Assembly: GCA_030141605.1 (NCBI GenBank)
Contig: JAQGDQ010000262.1
Span: 253,240-317,239 of the forward strand
DNA from: Tubiluchus corallicola
Lineage: Eukaryota; Animalia; Priapulida
Length of the DNA stretch: 64,000 nt
Direction of reading: 5' to 3'
Below, one piece after another: positions 48,371-61,216 of this stretch; position 1 is the first letter of the stretch; each line of letters begins with the position of its first letter. The translations under genes were made by a program, and so were the position numbers. The notes under the pieces are model-generated. The model had not been told where the DNA came from. It did not search any database and saw nothing but the letters and a program-made list of their open reading frames with translations.

Positions 48371-48408
<38 letters not shown>
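47482..48408 (+). repeat. About 64-bp tandem array, 14 units, each the LINE 3' terminus plus (GAT)n tail
   Basis: Unit starts at 47482, 47548, 47616, 47680, 47744, 47808, 47872, 47937, 48001, 48065, 48132, 48196, 48260, 48324. Confidence 0.97.
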
Positions 48409-49383
48409 AGTATAAATTAACTTCATGCTTTATGCATAATCAAAAGACAAATTACTATGAAATAAAGTAATTTTAAATTACTGTTACTATTAAATACATA
48501 AATTTTTTGGAAACACAATTAGGTACATAGCTTTGGAAGACATTAATGGTTTTGTAACAGTGCATGGATATCAGTGCTTATAGCGTACCGTCTGTTACTT
48601 GCTTCATTGCTGAAAAAGTAGAACAGGCCTAAACAGCTGAACTACTGTAAGAAATATGAAAAGTTTGTCAATGCGAAGTTCGAAATATTAAAACTTCTTT
48701 ATTTCATTCAAATCTTGCCCAGTTTGTTTGTTACTTATTCGCCAAACCGGTTTTGTTACTAAGTTCGTTCACAGATGGCGCCAAAACGTCATCTGTATTT
48801 GTATCGTAGTACTTAGAGACCCCGGCGTATCGCTTGTAATATTAGGATTAGCTACCGTTACTAACACAGACCTTTGTAACATTAATTGCACGATCTAGTG
48901 TGTAAATCTAGTAATAATCATTAGTCAGATATTTTTCGATGTCTAAGATTATTTCGTTCCGCTTCACTTGAATTTCCTATGAATACAATTGCATTCATCC
49001 TGAGAGCAGTGTCGTCGTCGTCGTCGTCGTCGCTACCATCATCACCACCATTACCAACACCAACACCATCATCATCACCACAAAATCACCGTCATCATCA
49101 TCGTAATCACCATGATCATCACCATGCCTCGCTTTTGCCGCTGCCTTGACCACAATGTTGGCGACAATAAACTACATAAAGATCGCTATTATAAATTTTG
49201 CTTGATCATTAGGAGTTTATGAGGACGTTATTTCCTTCAAAAAAACTTAGACAGAAACGAAATCGCTCACTGAATCATCATGGATCAATGGACTATCAAG
49301 CAGAGTGTGCTTACGTAATATCAATGACGTCATGGCTGAGTTAGATCGCGTTCACCCAAATAATAACATTACTACTAATAATA

Positions 49384-49900
49384 ACAAAAGTTTTTGAGAA
49401 TAGGAAGATTTCTTTGGAAACAAAAATTAGAATATTCTCAGCCTTTGTTGAAACTGTATTTCTGTATAATTCTGAGCTCTGGACATTAAAAGCAAATCAT
49501 AAAGCTGAAATCGATGCGTTTCAAAGGCGAAATTACAGAAACATTTTGGGTATTAGATGGCCAAAGAAAATTTCAAACAAAGATCTTTATGAAAAAATAA
49601 AAGAAGAACCTTGGACAAGAAAAATAAAAAGACGCCGTTTAAGATGGATTGGGCATATGCTTAGACTACCAGATGATATTCCAGTGAAGATAGCTCTTCA
49701 ACAAGCCATAGAACCTACTAAAAACCTGCAGGAGGACAAATGTTAACATATTCAGATTATACACAGAAAGATTTAAACACTTCAGCATTGATCCTTAGAA
49801 ATAAATGTTTTGGGGGCATTGTGGCGAGCAGGGAGTCCTGGCATAGGAAGGTGAGCAGAATCATGTCCCTGGACGTATGAGTCATTGGATGATGATGATG
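49384..49900 (+). mobile_element. RTE-like LINE 3' fragment, copy 3
   Basis: Same ORF2 C-terminus with a frameshift after EPT; (GAT)n tail; probable TSD AACATTACTAC / AACATCACTAC (49365-49375 and 49901-49911). Confidence 0.92.
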
Positions 49901-50800
49901 AACATCACTACCATGTTCTAAATAACAAAGTATTGTTAGTAAAAATGATTTGTGTTGATATCGTTCTGAAAATATTCACTGCTATCTGTTAGATTGCCAT
50001 TTGAATACTGACAAGCAGACACGAACTCCACCAAAAACGTTATGATTTATGTATATCTAATATCACAGCTGTTGACCATCTCAATACACAGAATAAATAT
50101 CAACTTTCCTGTAATCTGTAATCAACAACTAAGCCACGATGAAAATGTTCTCATATTTCAGTTAGTGCAGAGAGTATATGGTATAAAAATATACGACTCG
50201 TATGGAAACTTACATGACAAAAAAGTAACAAAAACTATCAAAAAGTATTAAAATTCACAATTTCATAAGTCACCATCATGTGATCATGTCGACAAATTTG
50301 TAAATATGTAATATAGTGTTTTAATCTTTTTATTCTCATAATTTTTTACAAATTGACACAATTGCACAAATCAGTCTGTCAATCACTGACTGGTTATACA
50401 CAGATTTTATATATGATATAATTTGTTTTAATCTGTACTAGTGTATAATTTTTGCAATAAAGATTTATATATATATATATATACTGAGGAGACCAGAAGA
50501 TTCAGATGTACAGATTTGTCAATATTCAGTACTTTAGTAATTATAAGTTAGTTGGAAATCTGGTAGATTACAGAGTAAAGGCACTTTGCCAATGTCCGAA
50601 TCTTTACTGTTAATTCTACATATAATTTGTAATTTTTAGCGCATGTACAAGCCTGGCGTACCGTCAAATCAACATTTTTAATCTGTTCACCTTGGTTTTT
50701 TAATATGAACAAATAAAAACGTGTTTATATAAAAATAACAAAATACAATATTCCAACAGAATAGGACTATCGTGGCTAGTCGCTAGAAAAAACCATCCAA

Positions 50801-51029
50801 ACTCACTCATTCACTCACTCACTCACTCACTCACTCACTCACTCACTCACTCACTCACTCACTCACTCACTCACTCACTCACTCACTCACTCACTCACTC
50901 ACTCACTCACTCACTCACTCACTCACTCACTCACTCACTCACTCACTCACTCATTCATTCATTAATTCACTCACTCACTCACTCCCTTACACACTCACTT
51001 ACTCACTCATTCATTCATTCATTCATTCA
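50801..51029. repeat. (CACT)n/(CATT)n microsatellite
   Basis: Directly visible. Confidence 0.97.
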
Positions 51030-52373
51030 GTGTTGGATATCGGACTGAAGCGAACCGAACTGCAAATACATTATATTATATAAATACATTTAAATATACA
51101 TAGTCTAATTACTATAATTAGGCCCTGCGCAGGCTTTTATACTGACACTGTACACTTTACGCTTGCACCGTAAATTCAGACTTTAAAATTCTGTTTGTTA
51201 ACTATCATTTTACAGGCCTATGTGTTTACGACATTATTCTGCAGTGTAGCATTAACAGTTTATCCTACTGAACAAAATTTGGCACAATTTGCCATAGAAG
51301 ACTCATAAATTTTAATAATCGTGTAGTAAGAGTTTTTAATTGCAATAACAACAATGTAATCTTTCTGGGATTAGAGCGAGCAAATGTTGTTATTGTAATT
51401 CTGTTTTCTTGTTAGATGTTAATTAATTTGCTAATCTCTTAATTAAATTGAAAATTTATTTGACTAAGTATCAGCTAGGCATGTAAGGCGCCGACGAACC
51501 TAAAGCAGACGCAAAGATTTAATAATGAATTTACAACAAATATTGAATGTGATGTTATGATTTTGTGTTATCAGAAAGTAACACTACAAATATTAAAAAA
51601 AAAGCATAAACACCAGAGACTAGAGGACTAAGAAAATAGCAATTTTTGTTTATTGATATCAAAATAGAATTTTAATCAAGACGTATTTTTTGTTTTTGTC
51701 TGCTGCATAGTATAAGTTTGTAATTTTTTACATATAATGTTAACTTACTTGTAATGTTAACAAATGAAAATTACTTAGTACCGTTATACGATTTCAGTTG
51801 TTCATGTATGTATTGCCTCAATTTTTAGTGTACTAATATATACAGTTTAAACCAAATGAAAATTAGCAATGCTGTTCATGAAGCAAAAGACATTGGTTCA
51901 AGACCCGTTTTGGAAAAATATTTTCGACTTTCTAATTTTATTTTATTTTCTACAATTTTTTTATACACCTAGTGCATGCCGCATGATTTATTCATACGCA
52001 GTGGTTGTGGCGGGATCGAAATCTAGCGTATTATATCATCAAATGAGAGCCACCTGGCGCCAAGGAAGGAATTTTTTGACGTTGATGACAAATGGGGATC
52101 ATCATCTAACGCAATACCATAGAATACTATATCAAAGTCGCGATTTATAATTTAAATATATTTTGTGTAAACGATTTTAGTTATATGTTTGCCTTCAATT
52201 TATTTGTTTGTCAGTTCATTTGTTCATCCGCTAATTTCTTCATTCTCTTACTAGATTAATCGTTTGCTTCCACACTCATTTTGTTTGTTCATCTGTTATT
52301 TAATCTTGCAAGTTAATTAATCAATCAATCAATCAATTTTATTCATTTACTGTGCATTTTGCTTATTCACGAA

Positions 52374-52592
52374 CACTCACTCACTCACTCACTCAACCAC
52401 CCACCCACACATACAAAACCCACTCACTCGCTCGCTCGCTCACTCACTCACTCACTCACTCACTCACTCACTCACTCACTCACTCACTCACTCACTCACT
52501 CACTCATTCACTCACTCACTCACTCACTCACTCACTCACTCCCTCCCTCCCTCCCTCCCTCACTCACTCACTCACTCATTCACTCACTCACT
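52374..52592. repeat. (CACT)n compound microsatellite
   Basis: Directly visible. Confidence 0.96.
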
Positions 52593-53424
52593 TGTTCACT
52601 TCCTGTCTTACTTAATTACTTTGCATAACACTAGTAACATTACATCGCCTGTCTACCTTGGCGAATGTAATTAATATAATTAATAAACTGAGCAATATAA
52701 ACAATTGAAAAGCCAGCGTCCCTAGCGGCTCAGGGCACTGAGATTAGCGTGGAGGATAATTAATACACAACTGACAGCCGCTCAATCAGCCCTGCTAAAT
52801 CTCACAGCTAATGAACAATTTAATTAACAGATTATAACATAAAATCCGTTGTGTTGGTGAAAGATAGCCAAATGCTGATTGAAAGATAGCCAAATGCTGA
52901 GACAAAAGAAGCTAAATTTCACCGGAATTAGCGAAACGAGGAAGGATTATAGGGCTGCTGTCCCGCCTACATAGGACTTAAAGGAATAATTATTTTACTG
53001 CTTTGTTAAGGGTGTCAGTGTTGTAGTTACATGAACTGTGGGTTGTTAATGTACCTTTTTGCCCTGTTACTAATTAAAACGTTGCACCAATCGCAAAGTT
53101 TGAGATATGGTACTTACGTAGGGTGTTCAAACGGTAACTCAAAGGTGCGTAAAAAGAAGAAAAAATAACGAAGAAGACGAATAAGAAAAACCAAGAAGAA
53201 AAGAAGGATTGAGTAAAAAACACCGACGACGATAACGGCTTTGCCAAAAAATTAGCGTGGTTGTCAAATTTAACATGTTACACTGTTACACAAAGTTACT
53301 CAAATAGCTGTAGCTTTTTGGGTTTCACCACATTTTCGTGAGTTTTTTTATATATTTCAATGTTTATGTAACATCGCGATAAGTTTATTGACAATTAATG
53401 GAAAAATCTAAGGTAATATAAATA

Positions 53425-53540
53425 ATAATGATAATGATAGCGATAGCGATAACGCTAACGATAACGCTAACGATAACGATAACGATAACGATAACGATAA
53501 CGATAACGACAACGATAACGATAACGATAACGATAACGAT

Positions 53541-53599
<59 letters not shown>

Positions 53600-53618
53600 T
53601 AACGATAATGATAACGAT

Positions 53619-53689
<71 letters not shown>

Positions 53690-53714
53690 TAACGATAACG
53701 ATAATGATAATGAT
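53425..53714. repeat. Hexamer microsatellite (ACGATA/ACGACA)n
   Basis: Directly visible; the variants form a higher-order duplicated block pattern. Confidence 0.97.
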
Positions 53715-53890
53715 ATATCTAAAACTATACAGTGATTTGTTTGTTTTAAGGAGAATACCAGCAAGATTCAACTTTTCATGTCAGTAAAACTTTCTTAAAA
53801 AGCATTAAAACAATCATTTAATGCAACATATTTGTAACTTCTTACATATTTGTATATCTAAAACTATACAGTGATTTGTTTGTTTTAAGG

Positions 53891-54436
53891 AATTTTATTA
53901 GCTATATGGGACCAGTCCTATGGAATAGACTAAGCCGCAATTCAAAATGTAGTCACTCCCTTTCAACTTTTAAAAAAACCGTCAGAAAAGAAATATTTCA
54001 AAAGTATTGAGAGTAACACAATTTGATAATGGTGATCACCTGCATTCTTTTTCCACAGTAATCTTAATAAAACGTGACTATGCTCAACAGGTTACTGAAC
54101 ACTTTATAATCATGATCACAGTTTTTCTTAGTTCTCGCTCCATTTCATCTTTCATTCACTACCCCCCCCCCCACTTTTATGTATATATTATCATTATTTC
54201 AATTATTAATCACTTCTTTAAGATTTCCACGTACAGTTTGGCCTGTCAAGCTATGCTTTTACGCTCAAACTGTATGCATCAAAATTATTCTGTAATGTAA
54301 TTTGCACATGTATATGCTGCATAAGAATCTCTTTTGTAATTTCTGGATAATATTGCATTTATATTTATATTTACTTCAGTGAAATTATCTGTATTTTTAT
54401 TATAACTGTTAGATGCAGAGTGGAAATAAATAAACT
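53891..54436 (+). mobile_element. L2-group (Crack/Daphne-like) LINE 3' fragment
   Basis: 53891-54010 reads NFISYMGPVLWNRLSRNSKCSHSLSTFKKTVRKEIFQKY*, like the L2-group SYxGPxLWNxL..SLxxFKK terminus; then a 3' UTR ending AAATAAATAAACT. Confidence 0.8.
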
Positions 54437-55044
54437 ATAAAGATATATGACGAATAGTTACCATAAAGAACTTTAAATGCTTCCAGAGCTGTTAGCCTTA
54501 ACCTATGTAAGTTTAACAAGCTAGTGCCACACACGTAATTAGTATACTGAGCAGTGTGAAGAAGATATTTGAAAACCCATGAAATGATTTTTGTGTCATT
54601 TAAAGATTTTGCATTCCAGTGACGCTACTTGTAAATTTAATTATTAATTGACTTTAACTTCATTACTGATTGGACTGGTGCCTAGTGCCCTTCCGAAATT
54701 CCCAATGCATCAATTAATACAAACCATCGCTTAATCAAGCGTAATGAACGTCAAAAACTGTAATAATATTAACATGTTTAATTTAGTTCTCTTTGACCTT
54801 CATCCGAATGTTGTAATTAATTATGCATCCTCGTGATGAAATTAATAATTACAATGTAAAACTCCATTAAGTTGCATTGCTAATTGAGTTTTGGAATCGA
54901 CGTGTAAAACAGATTTTAATTGTTCTGACAATTAGCGGACGTTTAATGCTCACTGTTTATAATTCAGTAAGAACAACACAGCTGTTCGGGGTATTGTGTT
55001 AATGAGCTTTTTTCTACGTTTATGCAAGGCCTTGTTATTTTCAA

Positions 55045-55220
<176 letters not shown>

Positions 55221-55592
55221 GACTCAGCAGAATGTAGTGTTGACTGTTTCCCTGTATTTGCGCAGGTTCAATTAAAACGAAATGACTATTTACAATAATG
55301 TTAAAATACCTATTTTATACATAATAAATACATAAGTAGAAATTGTTCGTTCTAAATTATACTTAAGCAACCTTGATGACACACATACATTATATACATA
55401 CATATATATATAGCGCTGACATTTTTACGATGTAGCCAGTTATCGATCATTCATTTGTGTATAGTTTCATACAATTGTTGATATTTAGTGCTATTGTGTG
55501 CCTGTTGTTATTCTTTCTAATGAAACTGTTGTCACTAGTTGTTGTAAGGTGTCATTCAGTATTATTCCTTACTCCAATGTTACCGAATTTAA

Positions 55593-56266
55593 AGGACAAG
55601 AAAAGGGGTACCTGAAGTAGGTTTCTGAAAAATCACCTTAAAAAATTATATTACTTTATAGCAATTTTATGCATATATCTTATGCGCGTTGAAAGGAATA
55701 TCTGTTAATTTCATTTTAAATCACTCGGAATACTGTTCTGAAGTCGCCATTACATGACGTTACTTACGCACACGTGAATCAGGGGAAGAAAATCAAATGT
55801 TAAATTATGTCCCAAAAAATTTTCTATGCAAAGTTATATTACTTAGCATTTTGTTTACCTGCTTGAAAGATATACGTAACTAGAAACAATAACTTAAAAT
55901 GTTTGTGCCAATTGGTAAAATGTCGCTGACTCACCTTGCTGGGTGCGCCAATCCTTAACCAAAAACGTATTTTTAATCTTATTGGCAAGATTCAGTAATT
56001 TAAAATTTTACTCTGTTAGCAGCAAATATGCTACGAATGCTCTGATTATTTTTTTCAAACTTTACTCATTGTTATCTAAACTTGTTTCAAACGACTTACC
56101 ATTAAAATGGCTGCCCCTAACGGTCATCGCGGGAGTTTAAATTTACACGTTTTATACAGCGTTACGGCCGATGCAAGCCCTGCATGCAAAAAGGCATTAT
56201 TTAAGCGGTATGAAATTTCGAGACGAATTTTTCAAGCTTTATGTAAGTTGAGGGTCTTCTGGTGCT
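55593..56266. mobile_element. Kolobok-like non-autonomous element
   Basis: TTAA|AGGACAAGAAAA ... TCTTCTGGTGCT|TTAA; purine-starting imperfect TIR with TTAA flanks; the left end matches the right end of the 30.6-31.0 kb copy at 11 of 12 positions. Confidence 0.7.
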
Positions 56267-57199
56267 TTAAAGAAGCACAACTTTGTTTTTTGTTTGTAAT
56301 AGCGTGACACCTAAAAGTATTAAGAACTACAGATACAGTAAAAAAATTCATCAGTACTATAGTTGCAGTTTTAATTCAGTGATGAATTTTGACTGTTGTA
56401 ATTTGATTGTAAATAAAGTGCTGACGACTAGCTGAAAACCCTACATACGTAAACGATAATATATACTCATCCGCAAATTTTATTTACCCACGTCCATTTT
56501 AAATTGTATGTATATGTTGTATATAGTCTATTACAATTTGCGTGTAACATTATAATGTATATTTTGTTTTAAATTTTTGGCACAGTAGTTTTTATATTGT
56601 TGCACTGGACGCATTTGCCTTTAACAGTTGTGTGACATTTATTCTCATGCTGCGATGTTCTTTTATGCTTTTATAGTTATGAATATCGATTTTTCATGGC
56701 AAATAAAGATTATTATTATATATATATATAGTTTTATATAGCTCATTGCTTTGGCTTAATTTTTGGCTTAAACTTAAAATTTGGTTTAAACTACAGGCTC
56801 TTTCTTATTAATACTAAATTAAACTGGCTTTGAGTCCGTGCTACTATTTTTAATGTTTGTGTGCATTTGTCTAGACCTTGCTCGATTAAAGCAGCTATAA
56901 GACTCTTTTATCTCTCGTAAAAACCACTAAATATTTTATGAGAAGGAACATTTGCTTACATCTGTTTAGCCTAATGTTTGTGCCACACAGATAGTTTATG
57001 ATCGAAGGCATATCTACTTCTTTCTTAAGAACTTTTGAAACCCGTCATCGCTTGACTACGCGCTGTTGCTGAATTACTAAAGCACTTTTGGTGCAAAAAC
57101 AACTCAGAAACTACAAGAACTGCTTGGTTAAGACAGTTTAACAAGTGGGATATTCGTTACCGGTGATATGGCGCCATTGATGGTTCTTTTTCACACGTG

Positions 57200-57578
57200 T
57201 TTTACTAAGCCGTAAAGCGCAAAGAATTCTGGGAAATCTAGGACAAAATCTCATATGACGTTTTGGTGGATTTCAATTGATCGGTGAACGAAAAAATGAG
57301 GTGAATAGCCGCCTTGGTATTGTGTGCGCTTAGCGATTGAAGTTAAGCAATAGTTAATGTGATCAGTAAATGAATGGATGGATGGCCATCGGGTTTTACT
57401 AAGTCGTAAAACGCAAAGAATTCTGGGAAATCTTGGACGTTATCTCATATAACGCTTTGGTGGATTTGAATTAAACCGTGAATGGGAAAATGAATTGACT
57501 TGGTATTGTGTGTGCTTATCGATTAAAGTTAAGCAATACTCAACATAGTCATTAAATGGATGGATGACAGTCGGGTTT
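57200..57578. repeat. Diverged tandem duplication, about 194-bp period
   Basis: TTTTACTAAG.CGTAAA.CGCAAAGAATTCTGGGAAATCT at 57200 and 57394; partial third copy at about 57622-57670. Confidence 0.85.
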
Positions 57579-58532
57579 CGTACCGTTCTAGTCTACAGGT
57601 TTCATCGCATTGTATACTACGGAAGTTAATCAATAGTGGGGCTAGCAAATAAATGGATGGGCAACCGTCGATTCACTGCTCATTCTGGGTGTTTTTTATC
57701 TGCCACACAGACGTGGAAGGATTTACCTAGTTGCACGAGGATGTAGAAACACCCTAACGTGTCTGAAACATCTTGATAATGAGAAAGATTCTGGTCCCGT
57801 CATTGTATGATCATTGAACACGATTGATTTCGGTTCGCAGAAAGATAAACTGTGTTGGAAAAGAGGCAGAAGCAGTGGCGCTGTCGTCGGTTCTAGTACC
57901 AATTTAATTTTGTGAATCATAAGCAATGTGATTCAACCACATGTTAGTAACCAATCAACGAGCCAGGTAACTTACCAAGCAATAAAGCAAGTTGAATTTA
58001 CCGGCTGGTGACCGGTCATTTGCTGAGACAGGCAGCCAGTCAGTCAACAAGCACTTAGTCGATCATTCGTGCAGTCAGTAATTGGAGTGGTGACCAGTTG
58101 AACAAATGTGCTGACGACTGGCAAGTTTGCCGTTAGGACAGGACAGTGAATAAAAGAAGAAACGAAATGAATGAACAGATGAAGGAACGCACGAATAAAA
58201 GAATAACGAACGAACGAATGAATAGATCCGACGAATAATGCATAGTTTTAAACAAGGATGTTTTTTGAAAGAGGACAGATGATGTGTAGAACAGAATTGT
58301 AAAAACAGATTTCAAAAAGTACAGTTATTTATTTTTGTATGCCAGCCCGGGTCACTCCTGGTCCAGCAGATTGCATCAAATTTGTCCCTCTTAAAAATCA
58401 TAACGAAATCATAGTGTCAAAACAAAATTAAACTCTCATGGTCTGGAACACTATTGATGATGAAACGGAACTTTTTTCCACTGCTTCCATACTGCGCAAT
58501 TTTCCATATCAACGATAAAATGCCTCTATACG

Positions 58533-58941
58533 CAGGGGCGTATCAAGACTTTACGACTCCCTAGGCTGATAGCTCTGTGCCACCCTTCTCTATTGTGAAT
58601 TTATGGTTATTTATGTAATAAACAGGTTAAACAATTACTTGTGGTGTATTAGAAACACTGTTAACCTAGTTTCTACGTGATCGTTATTAGCTACATGTAT
58701 TTGCATAGCGCTTATATTGAAGCAGGCTTGTTGTGTAATACCTTGCGTCTGCTCGTTAAGTGGCCCTTATATAAAGCTGCTTGCAGTAATTGCCTGTGGT
58801 GGGTTATAAAATGTGCCCTTTACATGAAAATGAAAGTGCACATTTTTCGAGGAGAATAATATTTTTTCTGAAATGTGACGCCCCTCAAACTTTGACGCCC
58901 TAGGCAATAACCTACTTAGCCTATTGGTTAATACTCCCCTT
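58533..58941. mobile_element. hAT-like MITE (degenerate)
   Basis: CAGGGGCGTAT ... ATACTCCCCT; TSD TCTATACG / TCCATACG (7 of 8); CCCTAGGC subterminal motifs. Confidence 0.7.
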
Positions 58942-59469
58942 TCCATACGTCTCCCCAATTCTGAAGTCGTTTTCTGAGGATTAGGGTGACAATTCCACCG
59001 GCCTAATGCTCTTCAAAGAAAGAATTGGTTTCGGATGACAGTTTATGGTTTCGTAAATAAACAGGTTAAGGGAGACTATAGGAATGTAAATGACTACTGA
59101 TGATCTTCAGTTGGCTTGAGACATGTGCAGAGAACGATACACTATGACCGTCGATTTAATCCGGCCGATAAAAGGAAACTGTCATTATAGTGTAAATAAA
59201 AACATCGATTGTTTTGTGGTGTCTTGTTTGATTACATGAATGAGAAGTCAAGGATAAAATTATCCTGCGGTTTAGGGCACTGATGTTAGTATATCAGAGA
59301 AAATAGAGTTGATAATGAATTTGGCCACTTCGAAAGATATCATTCCTAATTCAAGTTTTAATTTAAATCTTTTTGTTTATTCTGTTTAGCTGAGAGTAAC
59401 TGTTTTCGTAGTAATAATTAGTAATTGCTGTTTATTCATTCATTTAGATATTTATTTATTAGTGCCAAA

Positions 59470-61216
59470 AATACAAGACATACACACAATTTCAATTTTG
59501 AAATATACAAAAAACAAGACATATATACAATTTCAATTTTGAAATATACAAAAAAACAACACATATATACAATTTCAATTTTCAAATATACAAAAAAACA
59601 ACACATATGTACAATTTCAATTTTGAAATATACAAAAAACAACACATATATACAATTTCAATTTTCAAATATACAAAAAAACAACACATATATACAATTT
59701 CAATTTTCAAATATACAAAAAAACAACACATATATACAATTTCAATTTTCAAATATACAAAAAACAACACATATATACAATTTCAATTTTGAAATATACA
59801 AAAAAACAGGACATATATACAATTTCAATTTTGAAATATACAAAAAAACAACACATATATACAATTTCAATTTTGAAATATACAAAAAACAAACATATAT
59901 ACAATTTCAATTTTAAATATACAAAAAACAAACATATATACAATTTCAATTTTGAAATATACAAAAAACAAGACATATATACAATTTCAATTTTGAAATA
60001 TACAAAAAACAAGACATATATACAATTTCAATTTTGAAATATACAAAAAAACAATGCATATATACAATTTCAATTTTGAAATATACAAAAAAACAACACA
60101 TATATACAATTTCAATTTTGAAATATGCAAAAAAACAACACATATATTCAATTTCAATTTTGAAATATATAAAAAAAAACACATATATACAATTTCAATT
60201 TTGAAATATACAAAAAACAAGACATATATACAATTTCAATTTTGAAATATACAAAAAAACAACACATATATACAATTTCAATTTTGAAATATACAAAAAA
60301 CAAGACATATATACAATTTCAATTTTCAAATATACAAAAAAACAACACATATATACAATTTCAATTTTCAAATATACAAAAAAACAGGACATATATACAA
60401 TTTCAATTTTCAAATATACAAAAAAAACAACACATATATACAATTTCAATTTTGAAATATACAAAAAAACAACACATATATACAATTTCAATTTTCAAAT
60501 ATACAAAAAACAACACATATATACAATTTCAATTTTCAAATATACAAAAAAACAACACATATATACAATTTCAATTTTCAAATATACAAAAAAACAACAC
60601 ATATATACAATTTCAATTTTGAAATATACAAAAAAACAGGACATATATACAATTTCAATTTTCAAATATACAAAAAAACAACACATATATACAATTTCAA
60701 TTTTGAAATATACAAAAAAACAACACATATATACAATTTCAATTTTGAAATTTACAAAAAACAAGACATATATACAATTTCAATTTTCAAATATACAAAA
60801 AAACAACACATATATACAATTTCAATTTTCAAATATACAAAAAAACAACACATATATACATTTTCAATTTTGAAATATACAAAAAAACAGGACATATATA
60901 CAATTTCAATTTTCAAATATACAAAAAAACAACACATATATACAATTTCATTTTTCAAATATACAAAAAAACAACACATATATACAATTTCAATTTTCAA
61001 ATATACAAAAAAACAACACATATATACAATTTCAATTTTCAAATATACAAAAAAAACAACACATATATACAATTTCAATTTTCAAATATACAAAAAAACA
61101 ACAGATATATACAATTTCAATTTTCAAATATACAAAAAAACAACACATATATACAATTTCAATTTTCAAATATACAAAAAAACAACACATATATACAATT
61201 TCAATTTTGAAATATA
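59470..61216 (+). repeat. 41-42-bp AT-rich minisatellite, roughly 41 units
   Basis: Unit ACAATTTCAATTTT(G/C)AAATATACAAAAAAACAACACATATAT. Confidence 0.97.

Noticed and set aside
10518-48408. Regular arrays (96, 88, 64 and 52 bp) as CRISPR-like loci
   Set aside because: Units are repeated end to end with no unique spacers, there are no cas genes, and the context is eukaryotic
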